Shown: in pieces, positions 8,874-16,546 of the stretch | How the letters are laid out: the number at the start of each line of letters is the position of its first letter | Numbering within the stretch: position 1 is the first letter of the stretch | Assembly (NCBI GenBank): GCA_006844605.1 | Contig: SPJN01000013.1 | Span: forward strand, 760 to 64,759 | Length of the DNA stretch: 64,000 nt | Direction of reading: 5' to 3' | Source of the DNA: Hyphomicrobiales bacterium | GTDB lineage: Bacteria > Pseudomonadota > Alphaproteobacteria > SPJN01 | The notes under the pieces: model-generated | Told to the model about the DNA's origin: nothing | The model's input: only the letters and a program-made list of their open reading frames with translations | The model's database searches: none | Program-made: the position numbers and the translations under genes

Positions 8874-10053
8874 CCCTGACCTAGATGAATTGCGGAGTGA
8901 GTTGGCTGAATTTGCCAAACCTCAAAAGTCGATTAAGAGAACCGCCAAAGAAGAGCGAATCATTTCTGGGTTTGAGGAAATTCAGCGCTTTGTTGATGAG
9001 CACGGTCGTCCGACTGCACATGGCGAGGAGCGAGATATTTTTGAGCGGCTTTATGCAGTTCGTTTGGATCGCATTCGTGAGCAAGCTGAGTGCCGTGAAC
9101 TAGTCGAAGAACTGGATCATCAAGGCCTGCTAGGCGATCAGCCGATTGAAGTGGTAGCAGATGACATTGATGATGAAGCGCTTCTTGCTGAATTAGGTGC
9201 AGAAAGCGAAACATCTGACCTAACTCAATTGAAGCATGTTCGTTCCACGGCTGATCGAAAAGCCGCTGAGGAAATTGCGGATCGAAAGAAGTGTGAGGAT
9301 TTTGAAAAATTCAAACCTTTGTTTGAACGTCTTCGTGATGATCTCGATAAGGGTAGGCGCGAGACAAGGCCAGTTACAAAGGATTCAGGTTTTGTGAAAG
9401 CTGACATTAATGTCGGACAATTTTTTGTTCTTGGCGGCCAGATCGCATATGTTGCTAGCGTAGGCGAGCGGATAAAGGCCCCAAATGGCGATTATGACGC
9501 TCGGCTGCGCGTGATCTATGATAATGAAACTGAAAGCGACCTTCTGCAAAGATCACTTCAGCGGGCGTTATACAAGGACGAAGCGGGAAGGCGTGTTACA
9601 GAAGCAGACGCAGGACCATTGTTTTCCGGTGTAGCGGGTGAGGATGACGAGCAAAGCGGCACAATTTATGTCCTGCGTAGCAAATCGGACCATCCAACAA
9701 TTTCAGCTAATCGTGACCTGATCCACAAAATCGGTGTAACGGGTGGTGACGTGAAGAAGCGGATTGCGAATGCAAAGAATGATGCAACCTACCTTTTGGC
9801 TGATGTGGAGGTTGTGGCGACTTATGAGCTCTACAATATCAATAGAACCAAGCTCGAAAAGTTGATCCACAAGTTTTTTGACACGGCTCGCTTGGACATC
9901 GAGATTAAGGATAGGTTCGGCAATCCAGTTTCACCCCGTGAGTGGTTCATTGTGCCGTTGTTTGTTATCGATGAAATGGTTGATAAGCTGATGGAGGGGG
10001 CATTGGATCAGTGCCAATTTGATCCTACATCCGTTGCGATTAGGGTGAGATAA
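8866..10053 (+). CDS. T5orf172 (MUG113)/GIY-YIG-superfamily domain protein with coiled-coil N-terminus
   Basis: The track ORF 8827..10053 is trimmed to the ATG at 8866 (MSDPDLDEL…), which overlaps the helicase stop (ATGAGTGA) and indicates translational coupling. C-terminal 'GTIYVLRS…IHKIGVTGGDVKKRIAN…EWFIVP' resembles the T5orf172 / GIY-YIG-like fold. The N-terminal half is charged and helical. Confidence 0.55.
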   Translation: MSDPDLDELRSELAEFAKPQKSIKRTAKEERIISGFEEIQRFVDEHGRPTAHGEERDIFERLYAVRLDRIREQAECRELVEELDHQGLLGDQPIEVVADDIDDEALLAELGAESETSDLTQLKHVRSTADRKAAEEIADRKKCEDFEKFKPLFERLRDDLDKGRRETRPVTKDSGFVKADINVGQFFVLGGQIAYVASVGERIKAPNGDYDARLRVIYDNETESDLLQRSLQRALYKDEAGRRVTEADAGPLFSGVAGEDDEQSGTIYVLRSKSDHPTISANRDLIHKIGVTGGDVKKRIANAKNDATYLLADVEVVATYELYNINRTKLEKLIHKFFDTARLDIEIKDRFGNPVSPREWFIVPLFVIDEMVDKLMEGALDQCQFDPTSVAIRVR

Positions 10054-10220
10054 CCAGATTATTTGTTGAAGGATCGGGTGGCAATCTATTTGTGGGTGCG
10101 GATTTCTGTGTTATTCGGCATTTGGGGTGTTGGTCAGTTCAAACAATTCACTAATTGGCTATAAATGTGGTGGTATTTACACTTGAAGCCGGGCCTCATT
10201 TTTTCCATAATGAACTTTCC

Positions 10221-10397
10221 AACTGGTGCTCTTTACGCGTAATGCCTCTGGCATGGTCAGGTGTATAGCTAGACCCAAACTTATTGAGCGGATTATGGCG
10301 CGATAAGGCCAAATTTCCTTATCTAGCGCTCACAGGTTCGCTTATTTAGATAAGGAAATTTGGCCTTATCGCTTACTCTTAGGTATTGAGCCCAGTT
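10221..10397 (+). ncRNA. candidate retron msr-msd non-coding RNA (hypothetical)
   Basis: Intergenic region directly upstream of the effector + RT gene pair. An imperfect inverted repeat, 'aactggtgctc' at 10221-10231 against 'gagcccagtt' at 10388-10397, could serve as the a1/a2 pair (~177 nt apart). The 26-bp perfect hairpin at 10300-10372 inside it would be the msd stem. The boundaries are not proven. Confidence 0.25.
10300..10372. repeat. perfect inverted repeat (26-bp arms, 21-nt loop)
   Basis: 'gcgataaggccaaatttccttatctag' … 'tagataaggaaatttggccttatcgc'. No U-tract follows it. It is flanked by the 8-bp direct repeat 'tattgagc' at 10282-10289 and 10384-10391. Confidence 0.85.
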
Positions 10398-10399
10398 TG

Positions 10400-11353
10400 A
10401 TGACTCTGCAAGATGATGATCCTAGATATAGTATCATCAAAGGCGTTGATTTTTCCAAGTCTAGAATATTATTGGAGCCGCACATCATATTTGTTTGTGG
10501 CGGAGTTGTTGATATTACCGCAACAGAATGGAAGTCGTTGCGTAATCTGTTTATGAACTTGGCTGGGGGGGCGGATACACACGCGGACAGTTTCATGTTA
10601 GCGGAAAATTTTAAGGATTGGCGCGAAGGATACAAAAGTCTGTCAAAATTTGAGGAGGATATTGCTTTCATTTCTTCGCTGGTCGTTCTGTTTCTCGAGA
10701 GCCCCGGTGCATTAGTTGAGCTCGGGTTGTTCTATTCCAGTGGCCAAATTCGGAAGAAGTTATTTGTGGTAGTTCACAATTCCTATCATGATTCAGATTC
10801 ATTTATAAAACTCGGAATACTGGCCCCCTTGGAAGAGGTTAGCCAAGAATTAGTGCGCTCGTATGAGCTGGATCACGAAAATCCATCTGGCATTGATGAG
10901 CAAGCGGTCAAGGAGGTTTTAGATGACGTTTTGAATCAGGTAAACAATACGCCTAAGACTCAAGCGTTTAGTACGGACGATAGAGGACATCAGATATTCT
11001 TTGTCTATCAAATGATCAAAATGTCGGGTGCTCTTACTTTTCAGGAAATTGAAGATTTGATTGCAGAAAGTGAGTTAGAAGTCAAAAAATCTGAGATCAA
11101 GACTGCATTGTTTATTCTCGAAAAGTTTGGATTTGTTAGCAAAACAAAGGAGTCTTCCCAGTTCTTCTATTATGCAAGCAATCAAGAAATGGATCGGGTT
11201 GATCTTCATGTGGAGATTCAAGGGGAGGTCCGTAGTGTTACAGAACTGAAAATTGATCTAGGCCAATATTATCACCAGTTAGCAAAATCGAATGTCACAT
11301 TTAAGAGACGGCTGAAAGTGATGAACAGGCAGGATTCGGGAGAGGTTCAATGA
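10400..11353 (+). CDS. putative retron effector: SLOG/LOG/NDT-like Rossmann N-terminal domain plus C-terminal winged-helix domain
   Basis: The track ORF starts at TTG 10397; ATG 10400 is preferred. 'IIFVCGGVVD' and '…VVLFLESPGALVELGLFYSSG' resemble the LOG/NDT 'GGxG … PGGxGTxxE' signatures. The C-terminus 'FQEIEDLIAESELEVKKSEIKTALFILEKFGFV' looks like a winged helix. The stop overlaps the RT start (ATGA). Confidence 0.5.
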   Translation: MTLQDDDPRYSIIKGVDFSKSRILLEPHIIFVCGGVVDITATEWKSLRNLFMNLAGGADTHADSFMLAENFKDWREGYKSLSKFEEDIAFISSLVVLFLESPGALVELGLFYSSGQIRKKLFVVVHNSYHDSDSFIKLGILAPLEEVSQELVRSYELDHENPSGIDEQAVKEVLDDVLNQVNNTPKTQAFSTDDRGHQIFFVYQMIKMSGALTFQEIEDLIAESELEVKKSEIKTALFILEKFGFVSKTKESSQFFYYASNQEMDRVDLHVEIQGEVRSVTELKIDLGQYYHQLAKSNVTFKRRLKVMNRQDSGEVQ

Positions 11354-12300
11354 AGCCATCCGAACTGTTGCGCAATCAATTCTCTTTGTCATCGAACGAG
11401 TTGCAGCGGTACGTAAATTCGTGCCCTCATAGATACAAAACATACAATATTAGAAAGAGAAATGGTGGCGCACGGGAGATCTCCCAACCTTCTAGGGATT
11501 TAAAGATCGTCCAGAGGTTTCTGATTGATGAGCTGTTGATAGAGAATCTAATGGTTCATAAGGCGGCGACAGCTTATCGAAAGGGCCGGAACATTGTGGA
11601 TAATGCTCGGCCGCATTTAGGCAATCAGTTTCTGCTGAAAATTGATCTTGAGGAATTCTTCCCATCCATCAAAGGAGATGACTTCGAGAAATACCTTTCT
11701 GAGAAATTTCCGATGGAGGAAGCCGAAGTTGCCCTGCTGACTAGAATTTTCTTTAAATCTGATAATGGCGAGCTAAAGCTAAGTATTGGATCGCCTGGTT
11801 CGCCCCTAATTTCGAATGCTCTGATGTTTCGTTTTGATAATGTGATTTCAGATTATGCTGACAGGATGAATGTAGCTTATACGCGCTACTCAGATGATAT
11901 GACGTTCTCAACAAACGAACGAGGGGCTTTATTCGATTGGCCGAAAATGGTTGGAGACGAGCTGGGCAGGTTGGATTATCCCACTCTTAGACTTAACCCT
12001 GACAAAACTGTGTTCTCATCAAAGAAATTCAACCGTCATGTCACAGGTATTACGATTACAAATGAGGGTACTGCTTCGATCGGTAGAGGGCGAAAGCGAG
12101 AGTTGAGATCGAGGCTGTTCAATGTTCAAAATTTGAACGCGGAAGAGCGGCGGCAATTGAGGGGACATATTGCTTTTGCCGCACAGGTGGAGCCAGATTT
12201 TGTGGAAAAACTTGGACAAAAGTACGCTAACGAACTTCAAGCTTTGTCGCGCAGTGATCCTGATAACGTTGATGTAAATCCGTCAAAGAAGGATTCTTGA
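11350..12300 (+). CDS. retron-type reverse transcriptase
   Basis: 316 aa. RT motifs: 'RKRNGGAREISQP' (1), 'FLLKIDLEEFFPSI' (2), 'SIGSPGSPLISNALM' (B-like), 'YTRYSDDMTF' (YxDD). Also the two retron-diagnostic motifs 'NARPH' (NAxxH) and 'HVTGITI' (VTG). Confidence 0.85.
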   Translation: MKPSELLRNQFSLSSNELQRYVNSCPHRYKTYNIRKRNGGAREISQPSRDLKIVQRFLIDELLIENLMVHKAATAYRKGRNIVDNARPHLGNQFLLKIDLEEFFPSIKGDDFEKYLSEKFPMEEAEVALLTRIFFKSDNGELKLSIGSPGSPLISNALMFRFDNVISDYADRMNVAYTRYSDDMTFSTNERGALFDWPKMVGDELGRLDYPTLRLNPDKTVFSSKKFNRHVTGITITNEGTASIGRGRKRELRSRLFNVQNLNAEERRQLRGHIAFAAQVEPDFVEKLGQKYANELQALSRSDPDNVDVNPSKKDS

Positions 12301-12437
12301 TATAGGTCATCTAGGCTATAGGGATTTTGGGTGTTTCAATGTGGCGTAAAGTCTTGGGCACAATATGGACACAAAATGGTCACAGCGCAGTGCAGCCAAA
12401 ATAGCCGTTCTGTAGCCTGTTGATTTCATTGACAAAA

Positions 12438-12514
12438 TGGTGGGCGATACAAGATTTGAACTTGTGACCTCTGCCATGTCAAGGCAGCACTCTAACCAAC
12501 TGAGCTAATCGCCC
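12438..12514 (-). tRNA. tRNA-Val (anticodon GAC)
   Basis: The reverse complement reads GGGCGATTAGCTCAGTTGGTTAGAGTGCTGCCTTGACATGGCAGAGGTCACAAGTTCAAATCTTGTATCGCCCACCA. Cloverleaf: 7-bp acceptor stem, anticodon stem CTGCC/GGCAG with loop TTGACAT (anticodon GAC), T-loop TTCAAAT, and an encoded CCA. Confidence 0.9.
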
Positions 12515-12635
12515 GCACCATTTAGAGACGGCCTTTCTAGTGAAATTCGCGCGGTGCCGCAAGCCTTCATCGCGGAAAAAAGTGCGGCAAAGTTCACCGT
12601 AATTGGCTCCCTTAAAGGGCGTCCCGATCGTTGCC

Positions 12636-12965
12636 CTATAATTTCACCGGTGCGAAATGGGGAAAGGGGCGGTCGCAGCCGGCGACATTGGCCAATGCGG
12701 GAAAGCTGGCGACTTCGCCCATTTTGGCCCACAGGGCCTGCACGCGTTCGTTCGTGTGGGCAGCCGCCGCGGCCTCATCATTGGCCCATTCAAAAATTTC
12801 CAGAAAAGTGCCGTCATCCGCATGAAGCAAAAGCGACGGGCGCGACGTTGCCAGCCCTTCCATTTTTAGTGTCATATGATGTTGCGCAATCAGGTCGCGC
12901 AATGCTTCATGGTTTTTGGGATCGTCCGTGTCGGGCTTATAGGTGGCGATGGTAAAGCGGCTCAT
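12636..12965 (-). CDS. antibiotic-biosynthesis-monooxygenase (ABM)-family / stress-responsive alpha-beta barrel protein
   Basis: 109 aa small barrel-like protein (…TFLEIFEWANDEAAAAAHTNERVQALWAKMGEV). Its start overlaps the upstream gene's stop (ATGA). Confidence 0.5.
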   Translation of the reverse strand: MSRFTIATYKPDTDDPKNHEALRDLIAQHHMTLKMEGLATSRPSLLLHADDGTFLEIFEWANDEAAAAAHTNERVQALWAKMGEVASFPALANVAGCDRPFPHFAPVKL

Positions 12966-13975
12966 CCCTGATAGGCCTCATAGCCGGGAGGCAGCTCGGC
13001 ACCGCGGCGCGGCGTCATCCCGGCGGCACGATAAATGTCGTCAATCACGGCCATGTTCTTCACCCCATCAGCGGGGTCGGTGATCATGGCGGGGCCACCG
13101 TTTAGCCAGCCAACGAAATTCTTCAGCTGTTCTTTATAGCTTGTGGTGCCGGGTACTTTTTCAACGATCTTGTCTGTGTCAGTTTCGATCGTGATCTTGT
13201 GATAAAGCTGCGGCGCAATCGGGTTTGTTACGGTCAGTGCGCCCTTGGTGCCCTCAACATGGGCGAGGCATTTCAGCAGCGGCCACCCGGCCATGGAACA
13301 GATGATGCGTCCGGTGCGGCCATCATCAAAATCAAATTCGGCCCGCATGTGGCGGTCTACATTGTTGCTCATCAACCGTGCTGTGGCACTGCGCACGATT
13401 GGTTCAGCGCGGGCAAGGTGGCGGACGATGTTGATGGTGTAACAGCCCGTGTCCATTGTGGCCCCGCCTGCCAGGTCTTCGCGCCAGCGGATATTGGCCG
13501 GTTCCAACAAGGGCACGCAGAACTGCGCTTCAATATGGGTGACGTCACCGATCTTGCCGCTGTCGATAATCTCCAGCATACGGGCGGCCAGTGGGTGATT
13601 GCGCCAGTGAAAAGCTTCTGCCAGAATTTTGCCGCTACGCTCCGCCGCGTCCTGCATGGCGCGGGCCTCAAGCGCATTACTGGCCAGCGGTTTTTCGCAC
13701 AACACATGCTTGCCCGCCTCCAGCGCCTTGATGGTCCAATAGGCGTGATGGCTGTTGGGCAGGGGGTTATAGATGGCGTCTATGTCAGGGTCGGCCAGCA
13801 GGGCGTCATAACTAGTGTGAACGGTGGCGATCTTGTGCGTCTTGGCATAGGCGCCCGCCCGCTTTGGATCACGCGCCGCAATGGCGGTGATGGCGACCCC
13901 GTCCACTTTGCGGGCGGGGTCCAGCAATGCCGGGGCGGTGATACGTGCCGCCCCCAATACACCCATACGGATCAT
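12962..13975 (-). CDS. Gfo/Idh/MocA-family NAD(P)-dependent oxidoreductase
   Basis: 337 aa. N-terminal Rossmann 'MIRMGVLGAARIT' and 'EKPLASN' motifs typical of the family. Confidence 0.8.
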   Translation of the reverse strand: MIRMGVLGAARITAPALLDPARKVDGVAITAIAARDPKRAGAYAKTHKIATVHTSYDALLADPDIDAIYNPLPNSHHAYWTIKALEAGKHVLCEKPLASNALEARAMQDAAERSGKILAEAFHWRNHPLAARMLEIIDSGKIGDVTHIEAQFCVPLLEPANIRWREDLAGGATMDTGCYTINIVRHLARAEPIVRSATARLMSNNVDRHMRAEFDFDDGRTGRIICSMAGWPLLKCLAHVEGTKGALTVTNPIAPQLYHKITIETDTDKIVEKVPGTTSYKEQLKNFVGWLNGGPAMITDPADGVKNMAVIDDIYRAAGMTPRRGAELPPGYEAYQG

Positions 13976-14017
13976 GATCGTGTCCTTTTTGAATGGTCGC
14001 GCCCTGTTAGTCTTTCT

Positions 14018-15109
14018 CTAGTCTCTCCAGGGTTCGACCATGATTTTGGCGTGTTGTTCGGGGTTCGACAAATCTTCAAACGCCTGCGGAATACCGCTGA
14101 CGCCGACGGTGCCGGTGATCATCGGGGCCACATTGATGTGCCCCTCTGCAATGTTGAACAGGCTTTGCTTGAACTCATCAGGGGTATAGCCCAACACAAA
14201 TTGCATGTTGATCTCCTTCATGATGCCCCACAGGGGTTCAAGGTGATCTTTTTCCATACACACACCCACAACAACGATGCGGGCATTGCGCGGCGCCCCT
14301 TCCATCATTTGATGGATCACGCCGGGCACGCCGACACATTCGAACAACACACAGGGTTTGGGCTGCGGGCCCATGCCCAACATGTTCAGCGGGCTTTTGG
14401 GATCGTACCCTTCGGGGATGGCCTTGTCTGCCCATGCGTCATAGGGGGAATGATCCTTGGGATTGACGACAACGTCCGCGCCCATCAGTTCAGCAAGTTT
14501 GCGGCGGGCCGCAGAAAAATCAGCGGCAATCACGGGGCCGACGCCGCGCGCCTTCAGGGCGGCAATAACGGCAAGCCCAACCGGGCCACACCCGATGACG
14601 ATCGGTACATCTTCATCCGTAAGGTTGGCTTTCACAACCGCATGTTCACCCACCGCTGACGGTTCGGTCAGTGCCGCCACGTCGGAGGCAAGGCCGTTGG
14701 GAATTTCCGTCAACAGCATTTCGTTGAGGATCATCTGTTCCCCATAGCCGCCGGGCACATCATTTGAATAGCCGATAGAGCGGATGCCATCTGTCATGGA
14801 AAATGTGATCGGGAAGGAACAGACGCGCGTCCCCGGCTTGAACGTTTTTTCTGTGTTGGGGCCGTGATCCAGAATTTCGGCGCTGAACTCATGACCCATC
14901 ACAACATTGCGTGAAGTGTCAAAGGCGGAGGCATCCGACCCTGACCGCCGTGCCATTTCAGACATTTGGTCGGCATGGTGCAGGGCGTGTAGGTCAGACC
15001 CGCAAATCCCGCAAGCCAAGGTTTTGACCAACACCTGCCCATCGCCCGGTTCGGGCGCGTCAATGTCTTCAACGAATAGTTTTTGATCCCGCATCACAGC
15101 TGCGCGCAT
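14018..15109 (-). CDS. zinc-dependent alcohol dehydrogenase (MDR family; sorbitol / threonine dehydrogenase-like)
   Basis: 363 aa. Catalytic Zn motif 'ACGICGSDLH' and NAD-binding 'VIGCGPVGLAVI'. Confidence 0.8.
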   Translation of the reverse strand: MRAAVMRDQKLFVEDIDAPEPGDGQVLVKTLACGICGSDLHALHHADQMSEMARRSGSDASAFDTSRNVVMGHEFSAEILDHGPNTEKTFKPGTRVCSFPITFSMTDGIRSIGYSNDVPGGYGEQMILNEMLLTEIPNGLASDVAALTEPSAVGEHAVVKANLTDEDVPIVIGCGPVGLAVIAALKARGVGPVIAADFSAARRKLAELMGADVVVNPKDHSPYDAWADKAIPEGYDPKSPLNMLGMGPQPKPCVLFECVGVPGVIHQMMEGAPRNARIVVVGVCMEKDHLEPLWGIMKEINMQFVLGYTPDEFKQSLFNIAEGHINVAPMITGTVGVSGIPQAFEDLSNPEQHAKIMVEPWRD

Positions 15110-15255
15110 GATCTGTCCCCCAAATTGTTATGCAAATATCGAACGCGCAGTGTGCTTAGGCAGCTGGGTTGAGGCAAGCAAATAATGGGATAGATGTGAG
15201 ATGGGGGAAGCAAGGCGCATGACGCGCCCGGCGCACATGGGTGGCATGGCGCAAA

Positions 15256-15292
15256 GAAAAAGCGCGCACCCCGTTATGTTGGGGCACGCGCC
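15256..15292 (-). terminator. rho-independent terminator downstream of the OmpA-family gene
   Basis: On the minus strand: a ~12-bp GC-rich stem (ggcgcgtgcccc / ggggtgcgcgc, with G-U wobbles), loop 'aacataac', followed by 'ttttt'. Confidence 0.45.
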
Positions 15293-15315
15293 TTTTGGTT
15301 CGGTCTGACCTGAAA

Positions 15316-16167
15316 TTATTTCAGGCGAATTTCCACACGGCGGTTGGCTGCGTTTGCAACGCCGTCACCGGTTTTAACGGCGGGCAGGTTTTCACCGACA
15401 CCCTTCGTTGAAATGCTACCGCCTGCAATGCCTTGCTTGGTCAATGCTTCCTTGACCGCCTCGGCGCGCCAGATTGACAGCTGCTTGTTATAGGCATCTG
15501 CACCGGATGTATCGGTATGACCAACCAGTTGGATCAGCTTGGACTTGCGAGAGCCAAAGGCATCTGCAACACGCTTGATGATGGTGCCGGCATCTGCGCT
15601 GACGGCAGCTGAATCAAGGTCGAACCAAACAACAAAGCGGTTCGGGCCTTTAGGCTGTACCATCGGTGCTTTCTTGACGGGCTTGGCCATTGGCTTGGCG
15701 GCAAGCTGTGCCAATGCGGCGTCCAGATCACTCTGGCAGGCAGCAATGTCTTCGGCCTGGTGATTTTCTTCGGCTTCTTGCAACCAGCAGTCATAGGCAA
15801 CCTGTGCCTTGGCAGCAACGGCGGGCATCCGCGCTGCGGCGTCTGAGGCCAAAGCCTCTGTCAGGCGGGTGTAGTACGCTGCGGCTGTGGCGCGATGTTC
15901 TTCGGGCATACGGCGAGAGTCTGCCATATCGGGGCCAACAGAAGCGCCGCCGCCAAGTGCTTCGGCTTTACCAAGGAAATGGTCGCCATCACACCAGTCA
16001 GCTTCGTCATATTCGCCCTTACCCAGGCTGGCATAGCCAGTGTGCAGAGCATCATTAAAGGGCGAAGAGGCCCCGGACATACCGGCAATGGCATCAGCAT
16101 CCATTGTTCCCGGCAAGGCACAGGCACCAAGGCCAAGCATGGCCACAGAAATCAAAATTTTACGCAT
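15316..16167 (-). CDS. OmpA-family lipoprotein (peptidoglycan-associated C-terminal OmpA domain)
   Basis: 283 aa. Lipobox 'LGLGAC'. C-terminal OmpA-like domain '…GHTDTSGADAYNKQLSIWRAEAV…NRRVEIRL'. Confidence 0.8.
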   Translation of the reverse strand: MRKILISVAMLGLGACALPGTMDADAIAGMSGASSPFNDALHTGYASLGKGEYDEADWCDGDHFLGKAEALGGGASVGPDMADSRRMPEEHRATAAAYYTRLTEALASDAAARMPAVAAKAQVAYDCWLQEAEENHQAEDIAACQSDLDAALAQLAAKPMAKPVKKAPMVQPKGPNRFVVWFDLDSAAVSADAGTIIKRVADAFGSRKSKLIQLVGHTDTSGADAYNKQLSIWRAEAVKEALTKQGIAGGSISTKGVGENLPAVKTGDGVANAANRRVEIRLK

Positions 16168-16546
16168 CAGGGATCCTCCACGGAATCAGGCGAACGAATC
16201 TAAGGTATTCGGGCCGAACATTAACTAAAACCCTGCGCCTGACAAGGGGCGGCGCTGGATTGGCACCAAAATTCAACTATAGTGTTGCATCATTACATAG
16301 CCCACAACCATCCGATATTTCAGTGTTTTCTGTGATAATCGCAGAATTGGCAAAAAATTCCCTTATGAACGGGTGTAATGGGCGGCGTGGAATCGGCTAA
16401 ATTGTGCGCCGATCACAAAATTCGCGCGAATTTCCGGGCAATTGCCATGAACAGACTTGGCAAGTCCTTTGTTTTTAAGCAAGATCAGCTTTGCTGAAAA
16501 GTACCGGGCAATCGGGTTAACGAGTGGATATTCTAGGGAGCGGGCC

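Larger units (their letters stand above)
1..12514. mobile_element. tRNA-Val-associated integrative genomic (defence) island; left boundary lies outside the window
   Basis: The int/xis module is present. The GC content drops sharply compared with the sequence right of the tRNA. The cargo is exclusively defence genes. The island abuts the 3' end of tRNA-Val(GAC). No direct repeat of the tRNA 3' end was found inside the window, so the distal att site probably lies upstream of position 1. Confidence 0.55.

Noticed and set aside
10300-10372. Perfect hairpin read as an intrinsic terminator for the T5orf172 gene
   Set aside because: No U-tract follows the stem (the sequence continues 'cttactcttagg'). 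It lies about 250 bp after the stop. Its arms are much longer and more AT-rich than typical terminators. A structured RNA (retron msd) or a small palindromic insertion fits better.
10282-10391. MITE-like element (hairpin flanked by 8-bp direct repeats 'tattgagc')
   Set aside because: Kept only as an alternative. The region between the direct repeats and the hairpin arms is not itself an inverted repeat. No second copy of the element exists in the 64-kb window. The retron-ncRNA interpretation explains its position better.
12301-12437. attR-type direct repeat of the tRNA-Val 3' end inside the window
   Set aside because: Searched 1-300 and the island interior for the plus-strand tRNA 3' sequence (tggtgggcgatacaag…) and found none. 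The distal att site is presumed to lie outside the window.
12554-12955. 133-aa and other small plus-strand ORFs right of the tRNA
   Set aside because: They overlap the minus-strand ABM-family gene and have Arg/Pro-rich, compositionally driven translations with no start-site signals.
13199-14659. 486-aa plus-strand ORF, with similar long ORFs at 54492-55667(-), 19987-20640(-), 52234-52908(-), 50914-51636(-) and elsewhere
   Set aside because: These lie antisense to well-supported genes (Gfo/Idh/MocA and the alcohol dehydrogenase, leuC, the kinase, rpsP/rimM, ffh). They are typical GC-rich stop-poor frame artefacts with low-complexity R/G/H/P-rich translations and no recognisable domains.
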